Assembly: GCF_048771995.1 (NCBI RefSeq) | Contig: NC_133041.1 | Location: forward strand, 4,663,324 to 4,727,323 | Direction of reading: 5' to 3' | From: Taeniopygia guttata | Taxonomy: Eukaryota | DNA length: 64,000 nt | Part shown: positions 23,870 through 34,559 of the stretch, in pieces | Layout of the letters: each line of letters begins with the position of its first letter | Numbering within the stretch: the first letter of the stretch is position 1 | Notes under the pieces: generated by a model | Databases searched by the model: none | What the model was told of the DNA's origin: nothing | Seen by the model: the letters and a program-made list of their open reading frames with translations, nothing else | Made by a program: the position numbers and the translations under genes

Positions 23870-24900
23870 GGCGGGTGTGGGGCAGAGGGGATCTGTGGGG
23901 CAGGGATCTGTGGGGCAGGGGGATCTATGGGGTGGGATCTGTGGGGCAGGGTGTGGGGCAGGGGTATGGGGTCTATGGGGCTGAAGCTGACGGCGCTGCT
24001 GGACCCACGGCTCTGCGTGAGTGGGGCGGGGGGATCTGTGGGGCGGGATGTGGGGCAGGGTGTGGGGTCTATGGGGTGGGGATCTGTGGGGCGGGATCTA
24101 TGGGGCAGGGTGTGGGGCAGGGATGTGGGGCAGGGTGTGGGGTCCATGGGGCAGGGGGATGTGTGGGGCAGGGGGATCTGTGGGGTGGGATCTGTGGGGC
24201 AGGGTGTGGGGTGGGGATGTGGGGTCTATGGGGTCTATGGGGCAGGGGATGTGTGGGGAAGGCAGATGTGGGGTGGGATCTGTGCGGTGGGATCTGTGGG
24301 GCAGGGGTATGTGTGGGGCAGGGGGATCTATGGGGCAGGGACCTATGGGGCAGGGGTGTGGTGGGATCTGTGGGGCAGGAGATCTGTGGGGCAGATTTGG
24401 GATCTATGGGGCAGATTTGGGATCTATGGGGCAGGGCTGTGATCTATGGGGCAGATTTAGGATCTATGGGGCAGGATTGGAATCTATGGGGCAGATTTGG
24501 ATCTATGGGGCAGATTTGGGATCTATGGGGCAGATTTGGGATCTATGGGGCAGATTCGGGATCTATGGGGCAGATTTGGGATCTATGGGGCAGGATTGGG
24601 ATCTATGGGGCAGATTTGGGATCTATGGGGCAGATCAATGGGGCAGGATCGGGATCTATGGGGCAGGATTAAATCTATGGGTCAGGATTAAATCTCTGGG
24701 GCACATTCGGATCTATGGGGCAGATTTGGATCTATGGGGCAGGATTGGGATCTATCGGGCAGGATTGGGATCTATGGGGCAGATTTGGATCTATGGGGCA
24801 GATTTGGGATATATGGGGCAGATTTGGATCTATGGGGCAGATCTATGGGGCAGGATCGGGATCTATGGGGCAGGATTAAATCTATGGGGCAGGATTAAAT
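23870..24900 (+). repeat. Array of gggatctatggggcag(atttgg) units, with a second copy of the 3' half of the PRODH2 exon at 23741-23861 embedded at 23975-24022 (ggctgaagctgacggcgctgctggacccacggctctgc|gtgagtgggg)
   Basis: Seen directly. Confidence 0.85.
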
Positions 24901-24938
24901 CTATGGGGCAGCTCACCCCTCCCTGGCCACGCCCCCAG

Positions 24939-25019
24939 GAGAAAATCGCGCTCCGATTGGCTGAGCCGGAAGGGGCGGGGCTGAGCCCGGAAGAGGTGGC
25001 GGCCATGTTGGACGGGCAG
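24939..25019 (+). CDS. PRODH2: PRODH2 exon, translating EKIALRLAEPEGAGLSPEEVAAMLDGQ
   Basis: Aligns to human PRODH2 ...SLELSPERLAEAMDSGQ. The acceptor is cccccag|gag and the donor gggcag|gtaacc; the exon is 81 nt and in phase 0. Confidence 0.7.
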
Positions 25020-25139
25020 GTAACCACGCCCCCTTTAACAAACCCCGCCCCCTTTGGGACAGGCCACGCCCATTTTACATAACCCCGCCCCCTTCCCAGT
25101 GACCACGCCCCCTTTGATGAAGCCCCGCCCCCTTTTCAG

Positions 25140-25220
25140 GCGCCGGCGCTCGATTGGCTGAGCCCGGACGAGAACGAGGCTCTGGGGCGGGGCCTGGGGC
25201 GGCTGCAGCGCGTGGTGCAG
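25140..25220 (+). CDS. PRODH2: PRODH2 exon, translating APALDWLSPDENEALGRGLGRLQRVVQ
   Basis: Aligns to human PRODH2 ...AEQNQHLRASLSRLHRVAQ. The acceptor is ttttcag|gcg and the donor gtgcag|gtgagg. Confidence 0.7.
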
Positions 25221-25224
25221 GTGA

Positions 25225-25976
25225 GGGGGCGGGGCCGGAGCACCTGGGCACACCCAAAACACACCTGGGCACACCTGGGCACACCTGGGGGCACCTGGGG
25301 CACACCTGGGCACACCTGGGGTTACCTGGGCACACCTGAGATACACCTGGGCACACCTGGGGCACACCTGGGCACACCTGGGCACACCTGGGACACGCCC
25401 CCGACCCCCCAAATTCTCATTTCCTGCCCCAAAATGACCCAAAATGTCCCAAAATTGTCCCAATTCCCCTACCTGGGCACACCTGAGCACACCTGAGATA
25501 CACCTGGGCACACCCAAAACACACCTGGGCACACCTGGGGGCACCTGGGCACACCTGGGCACCCCTGGCACACCTGGGCACACCTGGGCATGGCCCCGAC
25601 CCCCAAATTCTCATTTCCTGCCTCCAAAATAACCCAAAATCTCCCAAAATTGTCCCAATTTCCTTACCTGGGCACACCTGGGCACCCCTGGGCACACCTG
25701 GGATACACCTGGGGGTTCCTGAGATACACCTGGGCACACCTGGGGGATTTTTTGGGCACACCTGGGCACACCTGGGCACACCTGGGGGTACCTGGGCACA
25801 CCTGGGCACACCTGGGCACACCTGGGCACACCTGGGGGGTATTTTGGGCACCCCTGGGCACACCTGGCACACCTGGGGGATATTTTGGGCACACCTGGCA
25901 CACCTGGGCACACCTGGGCACACCTGGGCACACCTGGGGGGTATTTTGGGCACCCCTGACACCCCTGTGCCCGCAG
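25225..25976 (+). repeat. CACCTGGGCACACCTGG minisatellite with interspersed ccaaaattgtcccaatt.ccctacctgg units
   Basis: Seen directly. Confidence 0.85.
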
Positions 25977-26129
25977 GCGGCGGTGGCCGGGGGCGTGCAG
26001 GTGCTGGTGGACGCGGAGCTGTCCCACCTGAACCCGGCCCTCACCTGCCTCACCTGCGGCCTCATCTGGCGCCACAACCGGGCGGGGCCCCGGCCCTGGG
26101 TCTGGTACACCTGGCAGGCCTACCTGAGG
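25977..26129 (+). CDS. PRODH2: PRODH2 exon, translating AAVAGGVQVLVDAELSHLNPALTCLTCGLIWRHNRAGPRPWVWYTWQAYLR
   Basis: Strong match to human PRODH2 YARAQHVRLLVDAEYTSLNPALSLLVAALAVRWNSPGEGGPWVWNTYQACLK. The acceptor is cccgcag|gcg and the donor ctgagg|gtgagc. Confidence 0.85.
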
Positions 26130-27117
26130 GTGAGCGCACCTGGGCACCTGGGGGCACCTGGGCGCACCTGGGGGCACCTGGGGGCACCTGGGAGGGGCGG
26201 GGCAAAAAAAACCCGGTGGAAATGGGGTGGAAAATGGGGATTTTGGGGGGTTTTGGGGGTACCTGGGAACACCTGGGGGGGTAAAAACACACCTGGGCAC
26301 AGCTGGGCACAGCTGGGGCACATTTTGGGGTACTTGGAGCACACCTGGGCACATTTTGGGCACATTTTGGGCACACTTTGGGCACACCTGGGCACACCTG
26401 GGGTATATTTTGGGCACATTTTGGGCACATTTTGGGCACACCTGTCCCCCCCAGGACACCAAGGCCCGGCTTGGGGCACACCTGGGCACACCTGGGGCAC
26501 ATTTTGGGGTACCTTGGGCAAACCGGGGGCACACCTGGGTACACCTGGGGCACATTTTGCGGTACCTGGGGCACACCTGGGCCCACTTAAATACACCTGG
26601 GCACACCTGGGCACACCTGGGGCACATTTTGGGTATATTTTGGGCACACCTGTCCCCCCAAGACACGGAGTCCCGGCTCGGGGCTCACCTGGGCACACCT
26701 GGGGGGTACCTGTGACACACCTGGGCACACCTGGGGGATATTTTGGGCACATTTTGGGCACATTTTGGGCACACCTGGGGGTACCTGTGTCACACCTGTC
26801 CCCCCAGGACACGGAGTCGCGGCTCGGGGCTCACCTGGCGCAGGTGGGGCACACCTGGGGGATATTTTGGGTATATTTTGGGTATATTTTGGGTATATTT
26901 TGGGCACACCTGTCCCCCCAGGACACGGAGTCCCTCCTCGGGGCTCACCTGGGCACACCTGGGTGATATTTTGGGCACATTTTGGGTATATTTTGGGCAC
27001 ACCTGTCCCCCCAGGACACCAAGTCCCGGCTCGGGGCTCACCTGGCGCAGGTGGGGCACACCTGGATGATATTTTGGGTATATTTTGGGTATATTTTGGG
27101 CACACCTGTCCCCCCAG
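26130..27117 (+). repeat. CACCTGGGCACA / cattttgggcacattttggg array carrying five copies of the acceptor and first ~40 nt of the PRODH2 exon at 27118 (cccccag|GACAC[CG][AG]AG[GT]CCCGGCT[CT]GGGGC.CACCTGG)
   Basis: Copies lie at about 26445, 26652 (caag, acceptor lost), 26800, 26908 and 27008. Several extend to tcacctggcgcaggtg before diverging. Confidence 0.88.
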
Positions 27118-27284
27118 GACACGGAGTCCCTGCTCGGGGCTCACCTGGCGCAGGTGCGGGGGGCGGGGCTGCGCTGTGGGGTGAAGTTGGTGCGCGGGGC
27201 TTACCTGGCCCAGGAGCAGGGGCGGGCCCGGGAGCGCGGCCGCCCCGCCCCCACCTGGGACACACCTGAGCAGACCTCGGCCAG
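27118..27284 (+). CDS. PRODH2: PRODH2 exon, translating DTESLLGAHLAQVRGAGLRCGVKLVRGAYLAQEQGRARERGRPAPTWDTPEQTSA(S)
   Basis: Matches human DTFERLGRDAEAAHRAGLAFGVKLVRGAYLDKERAVAQLHGMEDPTQPDYEATSQS, including the conserved GVKLVRGAYL motif. The acceptor is cccccag|gac and the donor ggccag|gtacgg. Confidence 0.85.
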
Positions 27285-27289
27285 GTACG

Positions 27290-29040
27290 GGAATTTGGGG
27301 GGATTTGGGGGGATTTTGGGGTAATATTTGGGAAATTTTGGTGGAATTTTTGTGGGGATTTTGGTGGAATTTTTTGGAAATTTTGGGGAAATTTGGAATA
27401 GTTTTTGGGAAAATTTGGTGGAATTTCAGTGAAATTTTGGGGGAAATTTTGGGGGAATTTTGGGGGATTTTGGGGGAATTTTGTGGGAATTTTGTGGGAA
27501 TTTTGTGGGAATTTTGTGGGAAATTTGAAATGATTTTGGGGGAATTTGGGGAAAATTTGGGGAAATTTTGGGGGAATTTTGGAGAATTTTGGGGGAATTA
27601 TGTGAGAATTTTAAGGGAATGTAGAGGGAATTTGGGGGGAATTTTGGGGAAATTTGGAATAACTTTGGGGAAATTTTGAGAGAATTTTTGGGAAAATTTG
27701 GTGGAATTTTTGGGAAATTTGGGGTAAATTTTGGGAAAATTTGGGGGAAGTATGGGAGAATTTAAGGGAATGTAGAGGGAATTTGGGGGGAATTTTGGGG
27801 AAATTTGGAATAGCTTTTGGGAAAATTTGGTGGAGCTTTGGGAAATTTTGGAGGGAATTTTGGAGTAATTTTGGAGGGAATTTTGGGGGAATTTTGGGGG
27901 AATTTTGGGTGAATTCGCACCGATTTTTGGGGTGATTTTTGGGTGAATTTTGGCTGATTTTGGGGTGATTTCTGATCCAATTTTTGGGTGAATTTGGGGT
28001 GATTTTTGTGTGAGTTTGGGCCAATTTTGGGGTGATTTGGGGGTGATTTCTGATCCAATACTTGGGTGATTTTGGGGTGATTTTGGGGTGAATTTTGGGT
28101 GAATTTTGGGTTATTTTGGGGTGATTTCTGATCCGATTTTTGGGTGAATTTTGGGCGATTTTGGGGTGATTTCTGATCCGATTTTTGGGGTGATTGTGGG
28201 CCGATTTTTGGGTGATTTTGGGGTGATTTCTGTGTGAATTTTGGGTGAATTTGGGCCGATTTCTGGGTGAATTTTGGGTGAATTTTGGGGTGATGTTGGG
28301 GTGAATTTTGGGTGAAATTTGGGTGAATTTTGGCCAATTTTGGGGTGATTTTGGGGTGATTTATGAGCCAATTTTTGGGTGATTTATGAGCCGATTTTTG
28401 GGTGATTTTTGAGCCGATTTTTGGGTGAATTTTGGGTGAACTCGCACCGATTTTTGGGGTGATTTTTGGGTGATTTCTGATCCAATTTTTGGGTGATTTT
28501 TGGGTGAATTTTGGGTGATTTATGAGCCGATTTTTGGGTGATTTTTGAGGCGATTTTGGGGTGAATTTTGGGTGAACTTGCACCGATTTTTAGGTGATTT
28601 CTGAGCCAATTTTTGGGGTGATTTTGGGATGAATTTTGGCCGATTTTGGGGGTGATTTCGGGGTGAATTCCGGGTGAATTTTGTGTGATTTTGGGGGTGA
28701 ATTTTGGGTGAATTTTGGGTGATTTTTGGGCTGATTTTGGGGTGAATTTTGGCGGATTTTTGGGTGATTTTTGGGGTGAATTTTGGGTGAATTTCTGGGT
28801 GATTTTGGGGTTACTTTTGGCCGATTTCTGGGTGAATTTCGGGTGACTTTTGGGCCGATTTTGGGGTGAATTTTGGGTGATTTCTGGGTGAATTTTGGCT
28901 GATTTCTGGTTGAATTTTGGGTGAATTTGGGCCGATTTTTGGGGTGATTTCTGGGTGATTTCTGGGTGAATTTTGGGTGAATTTTGGCTGAATTTTTGGG
29001 TGACTTTTGGGTGAATTTAGGCCGATTTTGTGTCTCTCTC
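27290..29040 (+). repeat. G/T-rich minisatellites (gggaattttgggg..., then ttttgggtgaattttgggtgatttctgagccgatttttgg); the second family recurs at 33960-34560
   Basis: Seen directly. The minus-strand ORFs at 27611-28583 are repeat-encoded. Confidence 0.85.
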
Positions 29041-29046
29041 CCCCAG

Positions 29047-29157
29047 CTACGAGCGCTGCCTGGCGCTGGTTTTGGCCGCTCTGGCCCGGCCCGACCCGGG
29101 TCTGGCGCTGATGGTGGCGACGCACAACGAGGAGTCGGCCATGGCCGCGCTCCGAGG
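29047..29157 (+). CDS. PRODH2: PRODH2 exon, translating (S)YERCLALVLAALARPDPGLALMVATHNEESAMAALR(G)
   Basis: Matches human YSRCLELMLTHVARHGPMCHLMVASHNEESVRQATKR. The acceptor is ccccag|c and the donor cgagg|gtcagc. Confidence 0.85.
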
Positions 29158-29159
29158 GT

Positions 29160-31020
29160 CAGCGGGAACGGGAAAAATGGGAGATTTTGGGATTTATTGG
29201 GGATTTATTGGGATTTATTGGGGATTTATTGGGATTTATTGGGGATTTATTGGGATTTATTGGGATTTATTGGGGTTTATTGGGATTTATTGGGATTTAT
29301 TGGGATTTATTGGGATTTATAGGGGATTTATTGGGGATTTATTGGGATTTATTGGGATTTATTGGGATTTATTGGGATTTATTGGGGATTTATTGGGATT
29401 TATTGGGATTTATTGGGATTTATTGGGGATTTATTGGGATTTATTGGGATTTATTGGGATTTATTGGGATTTATTGGGATTTATTGGGATTTATTGGGGA
29501 TTTATTGGGATTTATTGGGGATTTATTGGGGTTTATTGGGATTTATTGGGATTTATTGGGATTTATTGGAGATTTATTGGGATTTATTGGGATTTATTGG
29601 GATTTATTGGGATTTATTGGGATTTATTGGGATTTATTGGGATTTATTGGGATTTATTGGGGAATTTTTGGGGTTTATTGGGATTTATTGGGGTTTATTG
29701 GGAATTATTGGGATTTATTGGGATTTATTGGGATTTATTGGGATTTATTGGGGTTTATTGGGATTTATTGGGATTTATTGGGGATTTATTGGGATTTATT
29801 GGGGATTTATTGGGATTTATTGGGATTTATTGGGATTTATTGGGGATTTATTGGGATTTATTGGGGATTTATTGGGAATTATTGGGATTTATTGGGATTT
29901 ATTGGGGATTTATTGGGATTTATTGGGATTTATTGGGGATTTATTGGGATTTATTGGGATTTATTGGGATTTATTGGGGATTTATTGGGATTTATTGGGA
30001 TTTATTGGGATTTATTGGGATTTATTGGGGTTTATTGGGATTTATTGGGATTTATTGGGATTTATTGGGGATTTATTGGGATTTATTGGGATTTATTGGG
30101 GATTTATTGGGATTTATTGGGATTTATTGGGGTTTATTGGGATTTATTGGGAATTTATTTGGGTTTATTGGGATTTATCGGGGATTTATTGGGATTTATT
30201 GGGGATTTATTGGGGTTTATTGGGATTTATTGGGATTTATTGGGGTTTATTGGGATTTATTGGGATTTATTGGGGTTTATTGGGGATTTATTGGGATTTA
30301 TTGGGATTTATTGGGATTTATTGGGAATTTATTGGGGTTTATTGGGATTTATTGGGATTTATTGGGATTTATTGGGATTTATTGGGATTTATTGGGATTT
30401 ATTGGGATTTATTGGGGATTTATTGGGGATTTATTGGGATTTATTGGGATTTATTGGGATTTATTGGGATTTATTGGGGTTTATTGGGGATTTATTGGGA
30501 TTTATTGGGATTTATTGGGGATTTATTGGGGATTTATTGGGGTTTATTGGGATTTATTGGGATTTATTGGGAATTTATTGGGGATTTATTGGGATTTATG
30601 GGGATTTATTGGGGATTTATTGGGATTTATCGGGGATTTATTGGGGTTTATTGGGATTTATTGGGGTTTATTGGGATTTATTGGGATTTATTGGGATTTA
30701 TTGGGGATTTATTGGGATTTATTGGAGTTTATTGGGGTTTATTGGGATTTATTGGGAATTTATTGGGAACTTGTTGGGAATTTTGGGGAATTTTTTGGGA
30801 ATTATTGGGAATTTTTGGGGAATTTTTTCTGGGAATTTTGGGGGAAATTTTTGGGATTTTTCTGGGAATTTTTGGGGATTTTTTTGGGGAATTTTGGGGG
30901 GATTTTTTGGGATTTTTCTCTGAATTTTTTTGCGGAATTTTTTTTGGGATTTTTGTTAATTTTTATTCAATTTTGGGTTCATTTTTTAAATTTTTTTTTT
31001 ATTTTGGGCATATTTTGCCC
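29160..31020 (+). repeat. 1.86-kb array of the 12-mer GGGATTTATTGG(G) with all three forward frames open
   Basis: ORFs 29030-31120 (696 aa), 29187-30923 and 29362-31140 are all repeat-encoded. Confidence 0.9.
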
Positions 31021-31055
31021 AAAAAGCCCCGATTTGACCCCAAAATCCCCCCCAG

Positions 31056-31132
31056 GATGTCGCGGGTCCCGCCCGGCTCCGTTTGCTTCGGGCAACTGCG
31101 GGGGATGGGCGACAGCCTGAGCCTGGCGCTGG
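31056..31132 (+). CDS. PRODH2: PRODH2 exon, translating (G)MSRVPPGSVCFGQLRGMGDSLSLAL(A)
   Basis: Matches human ...GTVCFGQLLGMCDHVSLALGQ. The acceptor is cccccag|g and the donor ctgg|gtgagtgacc. The donor sequence is also the first unit of the downstream satellite. Confidence 0.82.
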
Positions 31133-32430
31133 GTGAGTGACCCTGAGTGACCCCTGTGACCCCTGAGTGACCCCTGTGTGACCCTGAGTGACCCCTGTGA
31201 CCCCTGTGACCCTGAGTGACCCTGAGTGACCCTGAGTGACCCTGAGTGACCAATGAGTGACCCTGAGTGACCCTGAGTGACCCTGAGTGACCCTGAGTGA
31301 CCCTGAGTGACCCCGAGTGACCCCAATCTGACCCCTGAGTGACCCCTGAATGACCCCTGAGTGACCCCTGAGTGACCCCTGTGACCCCTGAGTGACCCTG
31401 AGTGACCCCTGAGTGACCCTGTGACCCCTGAATGACCCCTGAGTGACCCTGAGTGACCCTGAGTGACCCTGAGTGACCCCTGAGTGACCCCTGTGACCCT
31501 GAGTGACCCCTGAGTGACCCCTGTGACCCCTGAGTGACCCCTGTGACCCTGAGTGACCAATGAGTGACCCTGAGTGACCCTGAGTGACCCTGAGTGACCC
31601 CTGAGTGACCCCTGAGTGACCCCTGAGTGACCAGTGACCAATGAGTGACCCCTGAGTGACCCTGAGTGACCCCTGAGTGACCCTGAGTGACCCCTGTGAC
31701 CCCTGAGTGACCCCTGAGTGACCCCTGAGTGACCCTGAGTGACCCTGAGTGACCCTGAGTGACCAATGAGTGACCCCTGAGTGACCCCTGTGACCCCTGA
31801 GTGACCCCTGAATGACCCAGAGTGACCCTGAGTGATCCCAAATCCCCCAAATCCCCCAAAATCCCCCCAAAATCCCCCCAAAAATCCCCAAAAATCCCCT
31901 TAAATGACTCCAAACTGACCCCAAGTGACCGAGTGACCCTGAGTGACCCTGAGTGACCCCAAATCCCCCAAAATGCCTCAAAAATCCCTAAAAAAAACCC
32001 TAAAATTACCCCAAACTGACCCTGAGTGACCCCAAATGACCCCGAATGACCCTGAGTGACCCCTGAGTGACCCCTGAGTGACCAATGAGTGACCAATGAG
32101 TGACCCCTGAGTGACCCAAAATCCCCCAAAAGGCCTCAAAAATCCCCCAAAAAACCCCTAAAATTACCCCAAACTGACCCCAAATGACCCCAAATGACCC
32201 TGAGTGACCCCTAAGTGACCCCTGAGTAAGCCCTGAGTGACCACTGACCACTGAGTGACCCCTGAGTGACCCCAAATCCCCCAAAATCCCCCAAAAATCC
32301 CCCAAAAATCCCTAAAAAATCCCCCAAAATCCCCTTAAACGACCCCAAATGACCCCAAATGACCCCGAGTGACCCCCGAGTGACCCCCGAGTGACCCCCG
32401 AGTGACCCCGAGTGACCCCGAGTGACCCCC
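31133..32430 (+). repeat. GTGACCC(C)TGAGTGACC minisatellite beginning exactly at the PRODH2 donor gtgagtgacc
   Basis: The repeat unit reproduces the splice-donor consensus GTGAGT about 75 times. Confidence 0.9.
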
Positions 32431-32444
32431 GCGCTGTCCGGCAG

Positions 32445-32614
32445 CCTCTGGGGGGTTCCGGGTGTACAAGTCGGTGCCGGTGGGACCCCCCGAAGTGACC
32501 GTCCCGTACCTGGCGCGGCGAGCGGCCGAAAACCGCGAGGCCCTGGGCGGGGCCCGGCGCGAGCGGGAGCAGCTGTGGGCGGAGCTCCGCCGCAGGCTCC
32601 GCCCCTGGGCGTGA
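32445..32614 (+). CDS. PRODH2: PRODH2 terminal exon, translating (A)SGGFRVYKSVPVGPPEVTVPYLARRAAENREALGGARREREQLWAELRRRLRPWA followed by a stop
   Basis: Matches human PRODH2 AGYVVYKSIPYGSLEEVIPYLIRRAQENRSVLQGARREQELLSQELWRRL. YKSxP and GARRE favour PRODH2 over PRODH. The stop codon TGA is at 32612-32614. Confidence 0.85.
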
Positions 32615-32619
32615 ATCCC

Positions 32620-33110
32620 AAAATTTCCCAAAATTTCCCAAAAATTTCCATCAAAATCCCGAGATTTGTACGCGAAAAATAAAAAAAATTGCGTTAAAAA
32701 CAGCCAAAATAGGCCCAAATATGGGAGTGGGCGGGGCTGTGGGCGTGGCTAAGCACAGGCTCCGCCCCCAGGCATAATTTCCAAAATTTCCCAAAATTCT
32801 CCCAAAGTTTCCCCAAAATTTCCATCAAAATCCTGAGATTTCCATCCGAAAAATAAAAAAAATTGCATTAAAAACGGCCAAAATCTGCCCAAATATGGGA
32901 GTGGGCGTGGCTAAGCACAGGCTCCGCCCCCCAGGTGCGAATTCCAAAATTTCCCAAAATTTTCCCAAAGTTTCCCCAAAATTAATCAAAATTCTCAAAA
33001 TTTCCAACAAAAAATAAAAAAAATTGCATTTAAAACACCCAAAATATGCCCAAATATGGGAGTGGGCGTGGCTGTGGGCGGGGCTTAGGTGGAGGCTCCA
33101 CCCACATCTT
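32620..33110 (+). repeat. Three tandem ~165-bp copies of the PRODH2 3'-end unit (..ccaaaatttccatcaaaatcc.gagatttg...gaaaaataaaaaaaattgc.ttaaaaac.gccaaaat..gcccaaatatgggagtgggcg.ggct...gcacaggctccgcccccagg)
   Basis: Unit starts lie at about 32640, 32805 and 32970. Each contains AATAAA and a GC box. Confidence 0.85.
32678..32683 (+). terminator. PRODH2: AATAAA polyadenylation signal about 65 bp after the PRODH2 stop; two more copies follow because the ~165-bp 3'-end unit is triplicated up to about 33110
   Basis: AATAAA lies within gcgaaaaataaaaaaaattgcgttaaaaacagcc; the same motif recurs near 32850 and 33020. Confidence 0.5.
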
Positions 33111-34559
33111 AAAAATTCAAAAATATCCCCCCAAAATCCTGGATTTTTAGGCCAAAATTTACAAAATTCCCATTTAAAAAGCTCAAAATTGGGCTGAGGA
33201 CCCAAAACTTTCAGAAATCCCCAAAATTCTCCCAAATTTTCCACCCAAGTTGGAATTTTTGGGGAAAAATGCGGAAAAAAGACGGATTTGGGGTAAAAAC
33301 AAAAACTAAAAGTGAATTTTTTTGTTATATTGGGAAAAAGAAAATTTTTTGGGGAAAATGGGGATTTTGGGGGGAAAAAGTAAAATTTTGGGGACAAAAT
33401 GCAGAAGTTTTGGGGGGAGAAAAAGGCGGATTTTTGGGGGAAAAAAGTGGATTTTTTCTGGAAAAATGTGGATTTTAAAAGGATTTTTTATTTTTTAACG
33501 GAAAAGGGGACATTTTGGGAGAAAAATAAAATTTTTTAGATAATTCAAAGCGGGGAAAACGTGGATTTATGGGAGTAAAAAGGTGAATTTTTGGGTGAAA
33601 AATGTGAATTTTGGGGAATGAAATGCAGATTTTGGGCAAAAAAAGGTGAATTTTTGGGGAGGGAAGGGGGATTTGAGGGGAAAAAATGACAATTTGGGCG
33701 CAAAAATAAAGATTTTGGGGGAAGAAAATCAGATTTCGAGGGGTAAAAGTAGAATTTGGGTCAAAAAAAAGTGGATTTTGGGATTAAAATTGTGGATTTT
33801 GAGGTAAAAATGTGGATTTTGGGGTGAAAAATGTGGATTTTGTGGTTAAAAAAAAGCGATTTTGGTGGGAAAAAGCCGATTTTTCCCTCACGAAAGTGGA
33901 ATTTTTGGGATCAAAACCCTTTTTGGGGGATCCCGTTGGGATTTGTGGGATTTGGGTGAATTTTCGGGGAATTTTGGGTGAATTTTGGCCAATTTTGAGG
34001 TGATTTTTGGGTGAATTTACACCGATTTTTGGGGTGATTTTGGAGTGATTTTGGGGTGATTTTTGGGTGATTTTTGAGCCGATTTTGGGTGATTGTTGGG
34101 TGATTTTGGGGTGAATTTTGGCCGGTTTTGGGGTGATTTTTGGGGCGATTTTGGGATGACTTTTGGGTGAATTTTGGACGATTCTTGGGGTGATTTTGGG
34201 GTGATTTTTGGGTGATTTCTGATCCGATTTTTGGGTGATTTTTGGGTGATTTTTTTTGTGATTTCTGGGTGAATTTGGGGTGAATTTGGGCCGATTTCGG
34301 GTGAATTTGGGCCGATTTTGGGGTGATTTTTTGGTGAATTTTGGGTGATTTTTTGATGAATTTTGGGTGAATTTTGGCCGATTTTTGGGTGATTTTTGGG
34401 TGAATTCGCACCGATTTTTGGGTGATTTCTGAGAGGATTTTTGGGGTGATTTTTGGCTGAATTTGGGCCTATTTGGGGGTGATTTTGGGGTGATTTCTGA
34501 TCCGATTTTTGGGTGATTTTGGGGTGAATTTTGGGTGAATTTTGGGCGATTTTGGCGCC

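Noticed and set aside
29030-31120. A 696-aa ORF (plus 578- and 592-aa ORFs in the other frames) that looks like a large gene
   Set aside because: It is entirely encoded by the 12-bp GGGATTTATTGG satellite, periodic, open in every frame, and has no domain-like sequence. It is intron 8 of PRODH2, between exons 29047-29157 and 31056-31132.
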